From contig OZ024740.1 of the NCBI GenBank assembly GCA_964016885.1, positions 409,820,001 through 409,884,000 on the forward strand: DNA of 64,000 nt, given 5' to 3'. The translations under genes were made by a program, and so were the position numbers. Source of the DNA: Eledone cirrhosa (taxonomy: Eukaryota). This document shows positions 25,098 to 38,717 of the stretch, in pieces (within the stretch, counting starts at the first letter, position 1; each line of letters begins with the position of its first letter). The notes beneath the pieces were generated by a model that ran no database searches, had not been told where the DNA came from, and worked only from the letters and a program-made list of their open reading frames with translations.

Positions 25098-25257
25098 TAT
25101 TATTATACAACTGTGAATAAAAGATCTTTAATACCGTAAAAAAAATTCTAACGTCTTATTTTATAAAGGGGATATAACATGATGTTTCATAAATTATGCC
25201 CCTTTGAACATGCCTCTAAAAAAAAAGATGTCACGTGTTTTAATATTTTAAAAGATA

Positions 25258-27693
25258 TCTACAAGATAAAGTGGGAAACGCTGGCTGATAAGATCAGCAG
25301 CTTATATACGGATACTATTGCATCCAAATTCAGAAAACTCCCTGAGAAAACTGGGGACGTTGAAATTGAGTGGAGAGTGTTCGGCCTGACAGTTTCTGCT
25401 TCAGTTGTTAAATGCTGCGGGCGAAAGTGGTTTGATGTGACAGCAGAACTTCGTGATTCAATCAGGAGGTAAAAGATAGCATTCGAGCAAAGAAAGAGGC
25501 ATACAAAGCTTGGCTTGGAAATAAGTTTTCCTTCTTGCTCTTGCGGTACAAGCACGTGCAAAACATCGCAGTAGAGACAGTAAAGTCGTCCAAAGTTAAG
25601 ATATGGGTGAATTTTGTGGTTAAGTCCAAATCCGACTTTAGATCAGCAAATAAAGTATTCTGGAAGACTGTCCACCGACTTAGTTATAAGAAGTCCCCTT
25701 CCACACCTACTATCAGGAATGTGTCTGGAATTCTTCTCTCTTCAGGGAAGTGCATCCTCGCAAACGGGAGAGAATACTTTGCCGATCTCCTAAACCCGGT
25801 CACAACATGTTCTGTTGTACATGAAGTGCATCTGGGAGTGATGACTAACCTCTCGTAGGGTTAGGTTACCAGGGTAATTAAAGAGCTCAAACATATGGCA
25901 AGGTTGCTGGAGAAGAGGAAATTCACCCCGGTATTCTCTCGCTGATTCGTATGTGCTGGGTGACTGGATCTTTGGAAAGGCACCTAAGCAATCGAGAGTG
26001 GTAAACCCAATTTTCAAAAAGGGAGACAAGAGAGATTAATCTAATTATAGAGGGGTCCTTCTTAAGCCTCCCTGATAAAGATCATGCAAAATATGTGGCA
26101 AAGTGATGTAGGGATATTTCGAGTCTAAGTTAACTGCCACACAGTGTAGTATTCGCTCCGGGCGCAGCACAGCCGACTAAATATTCACACTGCGGAAGGT
26201 CTTCGAGAAATCGTGGGAGTATTGTCAAGAAGTATATAAACCCGGAAAAGGCATACGACCGAATCCCACATGATTTATTGTGGAAGGTTCTGCAGGAGTA
26301 GGGGATCGGTGGACAGCTTCTTGTTGCCCCGAAGTCTCTATACGAATGCCATAGTATTTATGTTCGGATAAATAGTACTAAGTCGAAACCATTCAATGTG
26401 GGTGTCGGATTCCGCCGAAGATGCGTACTGCTACCTCTCCTGTTCATAATCTTTATGAACAGGACTGACATGCGAACCCGAATTGGAAGTGATATCACAA
26501 CTGATGGGTGTAGGATAAGTCAACTTGAATTTATAGACGACATGGTACTACTTAACTCGTTAGGTGATCTACGTCATGCATTTGATAGGTTTGCTTCCGA
26601 GTGCTGCACGACAGGATTTAAAATCAGTACTACGAAGACTGAGAAACTAGTCCTCTCAAGGAAGTCCGTGCAGTGCCCTCTACATGTGAATGGGGTCCCA
26701 TTGGAGCAGGTGAAGAGATTCAATTATGTTGGGGTCGTTTTCACGAGTGGTGGAAGTCGGGAAGCTGAATTAAGTAGAAAAAATGCAGGAGCTGGTGCAG
26801 TAATGCTCCAGCTTCAGCATTCGGTCATCAGAAGAAAAGGGTAGGTGTAAAAGCCAAACTCGCTATCTTTGATTCGGTCATGAATCTTTGGTAATGATCG
26901 ATACAAGCAACTGAAATGGGGTTCCTCCGAAGGGTCTTTGGAGTAATGTTACTCGGTAGAGAACGTAACTCGGAGATCAGAGGGTCGCTCCAGGTAGAGC
27001 CAGGTATATCGTGCAACGTGCGTGTTTATGGCTGCTATGATTGAATGCGCAAGACTTGCTATATTCTTTCGCTGAACGTAAAACAGGTAAACATCCGCGC
27101 ATGGAAATTCAGTGATACGTGAAGACGTAAAGGTAGGTCCCTTCGCTCCCTACAAGCTAATTTCGGCATCGTTTAACCACCATTAATTACTTTATCCGCC
27201 CTTGTAGACGATATAGCGACGAAAATAAGAATAGGTAACGATGCAGTCAAAGCCTTCTGCTTTGAGGGGGATGTTATCACCTGGATTAGAAAGGTAAAAT
27301 TGGTCGCCACACTGTAAGGCATCGAACATTTGGCTGGCTTTATGGCATTTTATCTTGACGGCGACGCGTTAGCAATGTACCTAAAAATGGACCAGGCAAT
27401 CCAACTGAACGCGGAGAAGATAGAGCAGCGCCTCAAGGAAGGATTCTCAGAATTGTGAGATCACAGTTCCGATACTATGGGTATGTGGTTATAAAAGAAT
27501 CACTGGAAGATTTTACGAGCAAAACTCAACCGGCAGGAAACCCAGCGGTAGACCTCGAGTAGGATGGTTTGATAACATCCATGAGCTCGGCTGGTCTCGC
27601 TTGGGCAGTCAACAGGATGAGTTGAAAACGGTTGCTTCTGACTCTACCCGCTGAAAGGAGTGTTTGAGGACTCTGACCCACGACCACCCCCGC

Positions 27694-27697
<4 letters not shown>
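25258..27697 (+). mobile_element. Decayed Rex3/Expander-like RTE LINE, interrupted by an LTR-element fragment
   Basis: DFRSANKVFWKTVHRL, REYFADLLNP, LLPLLFIIFM and YVGVVFTSGG motifs. The 3' end resumes at ~27505 and runs into (GA)n. Confidence 0.85.
27215..27452 (+). mobile_element. Gypsy-type gag fragment nested in the RTE
   Basis: DAVKAFCFEGDVITWIRKVKLVATL*GIEHLAGFMAFYLDGDALAMYLKM...KIEQRLKEGFSE resembles invertebrate Gypsy gag N-termini. Confidence 0.6.
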
Positions 27698-27763
<66 letters not shown>

Positions 27764-28018
27764 TGGTGTTGTTGAATGAAATTATAACAGATGACTTCAA
27801 AGAATCGAATACAGCATTACTGTATCTAGCTAAAATTTGGTGACTGAATATTAAGTCATATGTATCATATAACTTGTATTACGACAGGATGTGTGTAGAG
27901 AAAATTTCCTGCTAAATAGGAAGGGTTTCTAAGTTTGTGTGTATATATATATATTTAATATAGAAATGGCTTCTACAGGACAGAACTGTTTCATTCGGGA
28001 GAAATCATCAGAAAGCCC

Positions 28019-28077
<59 letters not shown>

Positions 28078-28189
28078 TATATGTGTGTGTGTGTGTGTAT
28101 TTCAAATTTTTATTGACTTTGGCAATTTTTAGTAGGAAAATTTTACAATTTACAGTCTGCCACAGTTTAGGAAGACACATAATTCCATT

Positions 28190-29148
28190 CCTGTAGATTT
28201 TTTCTGGCTTCCATGCAAAGAATTCTGCCGAACATTGATTTAATTGGTCTTCATTGGAACATTAGCAAAGGTATTTGACTGCATTGCATTGCTCATTGAG
28301 AGAAAAAGATAATAGTCTGTAAGCGCGATGTTGAGAAAAATACAGTGGGTGGGGCAGTTCTCCTAACCTAGCTCCAGCAGTTTCTTGCGGGTCATCCGAA
28401 CGCACCCGAACGTTATCATCAAGGAATTGGACAGGGCCATGGGGTGGGCACACTTGTGCAATTTTCGCCATCAACCTGTCAAGTTGTTGGTAATAGATGT
28501 CAGAGTTTATGCTGGTGTTCGGTGGGAGTAGCTCGTATTGTTGACATCTTTCCAGTCCCACCAGACGCTCAGCAGGGTGGAGGCCAGCCTTTGCTTGTCG
28601 TCATGGCGCATTCTCCTACCAACCCCCGATCGGTTGCGCTTGACATTAATGTAGAGACACCATTTTTCATCACCAGCAACAATAGAATATAACCAGTTGT
28701 TTGTGTGATGGTAGGAGAACAGAGAAGTCGCAACTGTCGCTCAACATTCACGATTACGGTCCCATTGGTCCAGCTTCGACACCTTCCCTATTGCATGCAA
28801 GTGATTGAGGATGGTTGCTTTCGATACCCCAAGCACCCCAGAGAGTTGACGTCATGTCTAGCTTCCACCAAATCACGCAGTTGTGCGTCGTTGAAGTTGG
28901 ATGGACGTCCTACGCGAGGTCGATCTTCAAGGCTATAATCACCGGAACAGAAACGTGTGAACCGGTCCCTGGCACTGCGTTCAGACATGGTGTGTAACCT
29001 AAAGGCGTAACAGAATATAAGAAATGCATATAGTGCATACCAACGCCATTTCTTATATATGTGCGCACGCGTAACCGTCAACATTCCCAGAAAACTACAT
29101 AAATACCTACTTTTGAAAAACGGTGGGAACTTTCTGTCGTGCCCAATA
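28190..29148 (-). mobile_element. Degenerate Tc1/mariner transposon
   Basis: EDRPRVGRP, GDEKWCLY, YELLPPNTSINSDIYYQQLDRL, DNVR and LPHPLY remnants. The 5' TIR TATTGGGCACGACAGAAAGTTCCC sits next to TA repeats. Confidence 0.85.
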
Positions 29149-30131
29149 TATATATATACATATATATGTGTATATATATATATATACACACACACACATT
29201 CCCTTTTTGAGGGTGTAAGGATTAGTTCACTTATAGCCAGAGGATCCAACCTACTATATAGAGGCTCCTTTGTTTCTTACGTTGGTACAGAGCAATAATG
29301 ACTTGTGATTGAATCGAAATAGCACTTCACTGGTATTTATTTTATTAACTCTCGGAACAAGAAAAACCAAGTCGATATTCATAGGAATCGGTCCAAGGAT
29401 TAGAAAGATGAAACTAAATACTGTAAAACGTTGCTTATTCGTGCTACCTTGAGTTTTTTTTACACGACTTACCCTGTTTAAAAATGCACCAGAAGTCTAA
29501 TTATTGTTAAAGGAAAATATTAAGGAGAATTAACGGATGTTATATCTAACAAGTTGGCCAAGTAAGTGTATAGTCGATTAAAACAACTCTAGTACTTGAG
29601 AGTTATTTATTTTATTGATTAAATATGTCACTAATTACCTCAAATTATTTAGACCGGCATTTTACAGGCTAGTGTATCCTCGCCGCTTTTAAATTAAGAT
29701 TGTACACTTTTTAAGGCAAACACCGTATATCAAGACGTAAACTTCCGGGAAGCTTTTAATATTCATTGGAAACTTCATCTTTTCAGTATCACTTCTGAAT
29801 ATATAAAACTCATATACGCTACAACTATCGCTTTCTCCTATACATAGATTTTCTTTTAGCTTAAGAAAGCAATAAACAACAACTGAATAGTATAATTGAT
29901 ATTTATACACACACACACACATATATATACATATTTAAATAAATAAATATATATATATAATTATAGAACAAATAATTACATAATCTAAGAAAAAATATTA
30001 ATGAATTTAATTCTGTCTTTTACGTCGTTGATGGAAATGTAAGAAGAGCTCTTCTTTCCTTTCACTATCAAATGTAACGGTTATCTACCCATGATTCACT
30101 AGCTGGCGCTAGATTTGTAGTCGTCCCCACA

Positions 30132-30137
30132 ATGGCG
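30132..30137 (+). CDS. First coding exon (ATG GCG) of the Pro-rich protein gene
   Basis: ACA-ATG-GCG-GTAAGT gives a good Kozak context and a perfect donor in a CpG-retaining region. The phase-0 join to 38157 gives MAGTNP. Confidence 0.65.
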
Positions 30138-31040
30138 GTAAGTTAGACTCATTACTTCCTTTTTATAGTTATATATATTTATGTATACACGCACACATAT
30201 AAATATATATATATGATCGAACTATTACTAATGTTTGATTGTATTTTATTCATTTTACGCAATGGTGCATTGTTATTTGTTTTTAAACCCTTCTAAACTT
30301 TAAACAATAGTTTTTAATTTCACTGTGGCTTGTGGTAATGTTTTTGCTTGTTTGTTTGATCCTTCTAACACCCGGTGTTTCCGTCTCCCCCTTCCTTCAA
30401 TCTCTTCTCTCTTACTCTTCGTTAACGTTCGGTTAGATTATGAAAGCAGGCTTCACCTACAAGAAACTGTTTGCTCCTTTTGTCTTCCTAGTTTTTATAT
30501 TTCTCTTGTGGACATCTCTTTTTCGGTTTTACTTGATTTAAAATCAGTCTTTTTCACTTTGAGAAAAAAAAAAATCGATAAACATTTATATACATGTTTT
30601 GTCGATTAGTCTTTTATATATATATTTCTTTGAAACCGACACCCACATTTAAAATAAATTCCGTGCATTTCTCGTTTATCATGCTTATTTTTCATTCAAT
30701 ATGAATAATAGTCTAGGTAAAAATATTTAATAATTTTAAATATTCAGTGAAGTTTCCGTAGGTTTTCTATGACAGAAAACCATTTTTTCCCTTCATCTTT
30801 TTAATAGACCAGGTTCTATTTGGTAAAAATATTTAAATACATTGTTTAAGTATCGTAAATATATACCTTGCCTACAAAATATTCAAGAGTGCAGAAAACT
30901 AAAACAATGTTACAGTAAAGCTTGTAGAAAATCTACCTTATAACAGACCGGTGTCATTTTCTTGTCACAGGTGTTGAATACACTTAACACTATAATATAT
31001 ATATATATATATATAATATATATATATCCCAAACTTCAGG

Positions 31041-31084
<44 letters not shown>

Positions 31085-32060
31085 AGTTAGCGAAAATTGT
31101 TATAAAAGTACTCTATGCATGTAATATAGATTTGAAGTATTAGTTAAATAAGGATAACTCTTATAAAAAAAACTGGTTTGCTTGATTTTCCACATTGTTT
31201 TTTAAAATGAAACCAATCAGCTTTTTGTAAGAATTATATATATTCCGACCCTCTTATATATATATATGTATATATACTCATCCTGGTCCTCACCGTATGT
31301 ATATAGATAAGTTAGAACATGAATTACTTTATACAACTGCTGGATTGGTCGATTATATCACGTTTTCTCTGATCTTGTAGTGTAGCACGTGTCTCTGAAG
31401 TGTTTTTTGTTAGTAGATATCGAGCGAGATTTATAACCCTTGTTGAAGAATCTGACTATATATCTAAAATAGCTATTTAAAAAAATCATGGAAAATTCTC
31501 AATCCAGAAAATAGGAACACAAAATACGCCGGTTAAAAAAAACAACTGTTTAGAAAGTGCCTATCCTTCCGATATAATTTAAGCCAGTTCAACGAAGTAT
31601 TTCTCTCCAATTGGCTCAATGACATTTCTCCAATCGGTTGCGCTGAATTATTTTCTTAGTTATTTTTTCTTCTTATTGCCTTATTAATACACTTTCTCTG
31701 TTAAAAAAAAAAAAAAAAATGAATTACATTAATTTATATATGTCAAGATTTCTAATTAGATATATTTATTTTATTTTACGACTATGAATATAAAAATCAA
31801 TGTCACGAAATTATTGACACAAAAATTTAAATTTTTATTGTCCAGATGAAACACTTCCCACCTTCCGTTCCTTTCACAATTAGAAGCTAAGTCAGTTTTT
31901 TTTTTCAGTTTTATTTATTTTCATTGTAAATTTATTTTATTTGATAACATAATTATTGCTTTAACCTTGTCTGTTGTAAATCCTTTATCGCTTTAACGGC
32001 CAATGCTGAATTAGTACAGGTTCAACTGTTCTGTAACTTTTTTCCCCTACCATGTTTCTA

Positions 32061-32315
32061 TGCCTCTCCCCACTCCCCATCCCCCCTCCCCCCTCCCCCT
32101 CCCCCTCTCCCCCCTCCATCCCCCTCTCCCCTCCCCCTCTCCCCCCTCCCCTCCCCCTCTCTCGCTCCCATCCCACTCTCTCCCTCCCATCCCACTCTCT
32201 CCCTCCCATCCTCTCCCTCCCCTCTCCCTCCCATCCCCTCCCTCCCCTCTCCCTCCCATCCCCTCCCTCCCCTCTCCCTCCCATCCTCTCCCTCCCATCC
32301 TCTCCCTCCCATCTG
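32061..32315. repeat. Polypyrimidine (CTCCC-like) low-complexity repeat
   Basis: About 250 bp of almost only C/T; the minus strand is GGGA-rich. Confidence 0.95.
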
Positions 32316-32814
32316 CCTAATGTCGTACTCTTTCAAAATATTCGTTCAGCAATAGCGGCAGATTGTCAGAATCATAAGAGCGTCGAGCCTTGCCGTGTCC
32401 TATTGACAATAATTTAAAACAAAAAACCGAAACGTAAACACAAACGATGAAACGTACTTAGGTTTTGTATATGGGCTGTTACAAGTAAAATTTGTACTTA
32501 AAGTAGAAAAACATACTTGATATAATGAAATCACTATATATATATATGTGTGTGTGTGTGTAAACAAACACACCAGTCTAGAGAGGACTCTTCAATTGTG
32601 TCTTGGACATAACAGCTTCCTAGTGCTAGTGCCTTGATAAAATGTGCCTGGTAAAGGGGTTGGTGATAGGAAGAGCATCCAACTATAGAAGCCATGTCAA
32701 AACCAGAACGTACCTGAGTGAGATGCGGTCCCCAGCCCACAGTAGCTCAGGAAGTACTAACTTATTCTATGACAGCCTGTTCACTCTACACCACGGAAAA
32801 AACGGATATTAAAT

Positions 32815-33003
32815 AATTGTTTCTACTTTTTGGCACAAGGCCAGCAATTACCCAGTGTATTACTGGTACTTTATTTTATCGACCCCGTAAGGATGACAGG
32901 CAAAGTCAACCTCAGCGGGGTTTGAACTCAAATCGTTAAGGGACGTAACTATGCTGGAAAGCATGGCGTCCGACCCTCTACCGATACTGCCAATCCACCG
33001 CCT
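32815..33003 (-). mobile_element. Dominant octopod-type SINE, full-length young copy
   Basis: Reverse complement begins GGCGGTGGATTGGCAGTATCGGTAGAGGG. Confidence 0.92.
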
Positions 33004-33648
33004 CGGATGTTAAATAATGATGATAATGATTGGTGTGTATGTGTGTGAAAATTGCACTTACAATAGAAAAACTGAAACTGTTAAATGTGAAAGAAATTAT
33101 ACACGGAATATCTTCAGCTGAATATAGAATCAGCAATGACATTCTCATTTGGTTTCTCGAGGTATTGATAATAGTAAAAAAATTTCTCTAGTATTTTGTA
33201 TGTACTAGCTGATAAGCACAACTCAACCCTATCCATGTTCCTCCCTATATATTCATGAAACATTCAGTTCACCAGTCTTAATTTTCCAACTCTTTTATCC
33301 ATCCCCTGATCCAACTGTTTTTCTTTCAGAGTAGCCATTTGTCTACTTGTTCGATTGTTATCACTAGAACATGAAGAGTAAATAGGATATAAAAAAAAAT
33401 AGATTTTGATATTATAGATATAACAACTGAAATGTGGGATGGCTGGAAGAGGTAGAATGTAAAATCTAAGGTTGTACAATATCAAGTAGTTGGCTGGCAT
33501 TAGAAGAGAAATAAGGGTGGAAGAGTGTTCTGGTTATATATTATGTTCTGTCATATCATAAACTAAATTTGTATTCTAAAGTTTTAGAAATTATTGCCTC
33601 ACACATCCAGTTAATTTATTCATAGTCTTTATTATTTATTTCTGAAAA

Positions 33649-33836
33649 CGGTGGATTGGCAGTATCGGTAGAGGGTTGGACGCCATGCTTTCTAGCATAG
33701 TTACGTCCCTTTACAGTCTGAGTTCAAATCCCACCGAGGTTAACTTTGCCTTTCATCCTTATGAGGTCGATAAAATAAAGTACCAGTAACGTACTGGGTA
33801 ATTGCTGGCCTTATGCCTAAAGTAGAAACAATTATT
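33649..33836 (+). mobile_element. Dominant octopod-type SINE copy
   Basis: Near-identical to 32815-33003, in the opposite orientation. Confidence 0.92.
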
Positions 33837-34429
33837 TATTTCTGAAAACCAAAAACATAAATCTCTAATCTTCCAGTCAGTTCCATTACATCTTCATACC
33901 GAATGCTTTGATTCCTGATGGACAGTCTTTCATATAACAAAGGCGTTGACTTTTTAATGATGTCCAATTTTTTTTTATTCATTTGAGGAAGAGGGTGGTA
34001 ATGCTTTGCTTCTTGTTTTCTTTTTTTTCACTGTTGGTGCACAATGTTTGTAGGGTTAAAGTGTTGGAATATCGGCCACATAGTCATAGGTTTAGATCAT
34101 ACTACATCAGTTGTGTTGTGTTCCTGGGTAAGATACATAATACTTTTTGTTTCTGCATGTTCAGTCAGACTAAACAGAATCCATCCTGGCCATGGAATCA
34201 TGGGAAAATGAATGTAAAAGAATAAACAGAAAATAATTGATAAATGAGTTGAATTCTTCTTTTTGGCTCAGTGTAACTTATCTACATTAGACCAAAGTTT
34301 CTCTCATGTCTCCAAATTTAATTATAAGAGATGATGAGAAAGAAATATTTTTACTGAGCTGAGCTTCTTTGCTTATTATTGAAATGATAATGACAATGGA
34401 TACAAGAAGTGAAGTCTTCTTCAACATTA

Positions 34430-34623
34430 TAGACCTGCCAACCTCTAAAAACCCAAAGGGAGAGTACCATGTGAAAAAGTGCCTCAAAACGGGAGAAATG
34501 AGACAAAATGGGGAGATTTTACACAATAAAAGCTACACCCATTTTCACAAGTGATGACATCTCTCGCCCACTCCAAAGTGGGTGGGAGATCTCCCCATCG
34601 GACTGGGAGAGTTGACAGGTCTG
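34430..34623. mobile_element. hAT (Tip100-like) MITE
   Basis: TIR AGACCTGCCAAC / GTTGACAGGTCT, flanked on both sides by ACATTAT. Confidence 0.65.
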
Positions 34624-35094
34624 ACATTATTAACATACAATTACACATATATCAAGGAGGCCATCTTGTAATGTACTGAACATGCCTAATACCATTAAAC
34701 ATATTACTAATGCTAGACCTTACAATTTTTGTAAACATTTCATGGAGATAATACACTACTAAAACTACTAGGCTTCATTTCCGAGGCCAGAAAATACTGC
34801 AGCCCTAATGACAGCCACTTTCTTATTGAAGTACTGTAATGGCATTTGCTTCATGGAACTACTCTGATGATCCATTAGATTAAGTAGATAGTTTGTGTTA
34901 CCTAGGTGACATAATTAGTACTGTGGTGATTAGTGGTACCAGAAATAATAAATAGTGGAAGAAGTTGACGGAACTGTTACCTGTATTAGCAACAAAGTTT
35001 CTTTGTCAATGCAAAAAGCATATTGTATGGAATGTACATTGAGACATTAGTAATGAATTTTGAAGATAAATAAATTCTGTAAGTGCCATGTTAA

Positions 35095-35302
35095 TCTTTT
35101 CGTTGCCATTTTCAAATGAAAAACACTACATGTGATTTTCAAAATAATCAAGATTATGGAATAATTTAGTAATCACTAAATTTTCCATTAATAATCTGGA
35201 GTTTGGAACATAAAGGTTTTCGCATAAAATTTTGATGGAATATTTTTAGATAAATAAAAAGCTTTGTATAAAAAAACTCAGGGCGGTTTGGTATCAAAAG
35301 GG
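35095..35302. mobile_element. TTAA-flanked piggyBac-type MITE
   Basis: TTAA-TCTTTTCG...TCAAAAGGG-TTAA. Confidence 0.5.
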
Positions 35303-35632
35303 TTAAAATAAACAGTTTTGTACAAGAGGCAGTTTCAGGCAGGTTGATATCAAAACGGTTAATTTGCATGACATAAAAGACTGAGAAGAGGTGAGCTGGG
35401 TATTAAATACATTTGCTGATGTATACAGGAAAAATAACTGCTGGTATAGATAAGTACTGTAGTGAAAAAGTACCATTTACTGACGGTGGAAGAAGACTGA
35501 ATAACATGAATGAAATGATGTCAGATCTCAAGATATTAGGCTTCTCAAACAGTATTGATGTGGGGTGGGAGTGTTTTGCCACTCTATTGACTTATCCATG
35601 CCATGCCTTGCCAGCAGAGGTAAAAATGATTA

Positions 35633-35675
<43 letters not shown>

Positions 35676-38156
35676 ATTTAAGTCTTTGGCCCTTCTGCGC
35701 CTTAAGGTGCATGAGGCAACAAACTTCTGCCAGCACAGTCAATTTTCTGAAGTTCTTCACCTACTTACCCAACTAAATCTTATGTATGAGGTCTTCCTGG
35801 AATGTGCTGGGTGTTCTTGGGCCAAACCCTCTTCTGCTTTCCTTTCTCCTATGTCCATGACATTGCAGTCCTTAAATACCTAGTGGCTGGCAAACACAAA
35901 ATATGACGTACCAAGTGAAACCAATGATTGGGACTTGTTTCATTTTTGACTTAATCTTCCCAGGTTACCTTCATGCTGGCACACACACACATGTGGCTCC
36001 TTACTGTTTCTGTTCCAAATTCGCTACCAAGGCATTGGTTTGTCTTAAGCTTTTGTAGAAGATACATGCCTTAAGTGCTGTGCAGTGGAATTGTACCTGC
36101 AACCACATGGTTGTGAAGTGAATTTCTTAACCATATGGCTATGCCAGTCATACTGTTGTATATATAATACTATTTCCTCATTCAATTATAATTATTTATC
36201 CATGCAGAATTTAAAACTCAAATCTCTGATTTTTGTCTGTCAACATGTTATATCGAGGTTCATATGTTTTATCCAATATTATTTGGAACTGCTCTTAATA
36301 GTATTCATTTCTTTAAAAGTATAGGGTATAACTTATTCTATTGATGCTGGAACTGTGAAAGGTAGTCCACCAACTCTGTTGGGTGAAACTAAATACAATT
36401 AAATATTGAAGCTGTTGTTTGTTCTAGACGACAAGTAATATCTTATGTAGGAGAGCAATATCTTTTAATCTTGCCATATCATTGATGTTTATTTTATTCA
36501 TTTCCAAATGGCTGTAAAGCAAATTCAAACCTGCTGGGATTTGGACTCCAAATATAGGGAGATGATACTAAATACTGCAAGGCATTTAGTCTGGTGCTGT
36601 ATATTTTCTGCTTTAAAGTGCAGATAATATAGATTTTTCACATTTACTCAAGGCCACAGATTTGTAATGGAGTCGTTTAGTTGATTGAATCAACCCAGTA
36701 CATGACTGGTACTATTTTATTGATTTCAGAAGCATGAAAAGCAAACTCAACCTGATGGGATTTGAACTCGTATTAAGATAGGTTCTGAAAGATCTGAACT
36801 CGGTAAGTACTCTAGGTTAATGAACTATTCTTCATTTAAACTGAAGCCACATGGGGAGACACGAGTGTTTTTTCTTCACTTGCATGACCGGGTCTCCAAC
36901 ATCTTTACATGGACCTCTAGAGAGATGTCAGATACCAGCTGTATTCAACTAAATGCCTTGCCGTTTAGTTACATTGCTCTACATTTCGAGTTCAAACCCA
37001 CCAAGATCGATTTTTAAAAAATGTTTACTTTTTATCCCACCAGGTTTGATAAAATAAGTAGTAGTAGTAGTACACATTGAATCTGTTCCCTACAAAATTT
37101 ATATCCGTGTGCAAGAAATCATCATCATTATTATTGTTTAAGACTTGTCTAAAAATGTTGATTGATTTCTTTCAAGAGGTAGGACCCTATGTAAATGAAA
37201 AGTTTGTTGCCTTTAACAGTATATAACTTTTGATTATGCAGTGGGTGGGTATAAGGAGAAAACCCTTTTCTGACATATTTTTTAAATGTTATTTCTGCCT
37301 CATTAACAAAATGTGTTGGCGAAAGCTACTAATTTAGACATTTTCCTAAATTGATGGATCTTGCTGTTAAACTATTTGGATAAAACTCTTAACTTTTACA
37401 GTTCACCTAGAAAATGAAAGAACATATTTTCAACATGATCTACTGTTTTTAGTGGCGTAATGTTTTACCTTAAGACAATGTAATACTAATGATTAGAATT
37501 CATCATGTTTGTATGAGTAGATTAAGCTCTAGTTCATTCACAACTATAAATGGGACATATTTCAGAAAGGAGAGGAATTAGATTGTAATATTGAGGTCTG
37601 TCCAAAACATTATTGGTAGTGAATTGACTTCAACTGAAAAATTAGAAGCAAGTCATGAACTTGATTCTCTTGGAGCTTACTTCATGCTAAAAGGTTTTAG
37701 TGCAGTTATTGAATTGATAAATCCTTTTTGTCTTCATCTTGTGAATTACCTATTGCTTTGCAATTTGGAATTGAAGTATTATATTCAGACTTCTGTAAGT
37801 GCTGTCATTAGTTGTGAGTAGCTATTTTCTAGCGAATCATAAGTCTTGTTGAGCTGGCATTAAAACCATGCCACTAAAAAGAAACAAGAAAAAACACACA
37901 TTTAGTGATGTGACTGATATAGACACAGCAGGAATTGGCAACACTTTTAATCAGTTGTGTGTGGCTCTTGAAGAATTTGGTATTTTATTAGTTGCTTATG
38001 TTCCAACTTTAGGACATGAGAATTCCAGCTCTTAAGTTTGGTACATTCAGCATTCAACCTTTGTTATAATTAATCTCTAATGATCAGTTTTGCTTATATA
38101 CTGTATTTACGTAAAGGTATGTACTGTTACTCTAAAAGTTTCCTTTATGTTGCTAG

Positions 38157-38213
38157 GGTACGAATCCAAGTTCACAACCTCAGGCTAACCCAATGATGCG
38201 AGCACCGTTTGGG
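38157..38213 (+). CDS. Exon 2 of the Pro-rich protein gene (GTNPSSQPQANPMMRAPFG)
   Basis: TTGCTAG acceptor and GTAAGT donor, 57 nt, phase 0/0. Confidence 0.75.
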
Positions 38214-38717
38214 GTAAGTGACTTTTTTTCTATTGCTTTATGTGCTCTATATGTGTATTGTCAATTTTGTCATTTGCTAAGATATGGTTGCTACAATTCT
38301 TTTTCTTTTTAGCATTTTCATTTATTGTGTTCTGTCCAGATACATGGGACAAATGACTTTAAAGATATTATATTTTGTGGGTGAAAGAGTTGCTTCAACT
38401 CTTCTATACTAGTATTAACACATTTAATGCAGGGAGTATTAAAAGACTAAATAAAAAGAAAAGAAAATTCAATGAAGGAAAAACAGATAGTCATAGACTA
38501 AATATTATTTAGTACAAGAGAGAATTCCAGATATGGGATGTGATAATCATTATGTAAAAGTTAATTGGTACTTAGCACAGAAAACTAAAAATATTTAAAG
38601 AAGGAATTACCATATTAAGAGTGGGTGTAAATATCAAATTAAATAGCATTGTCTAAAAGAGCTACCACTCTTAGAATTCCAGACGTGATATATTTATTTA
38701 ATATCTTCAGCTATACT

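Noticed and set aside
31985-32417. Gly/Glu/Arg- and Pro/Ser-rich ORFs
   Set aside because: These are translations of a low-complexity C/T repeat.
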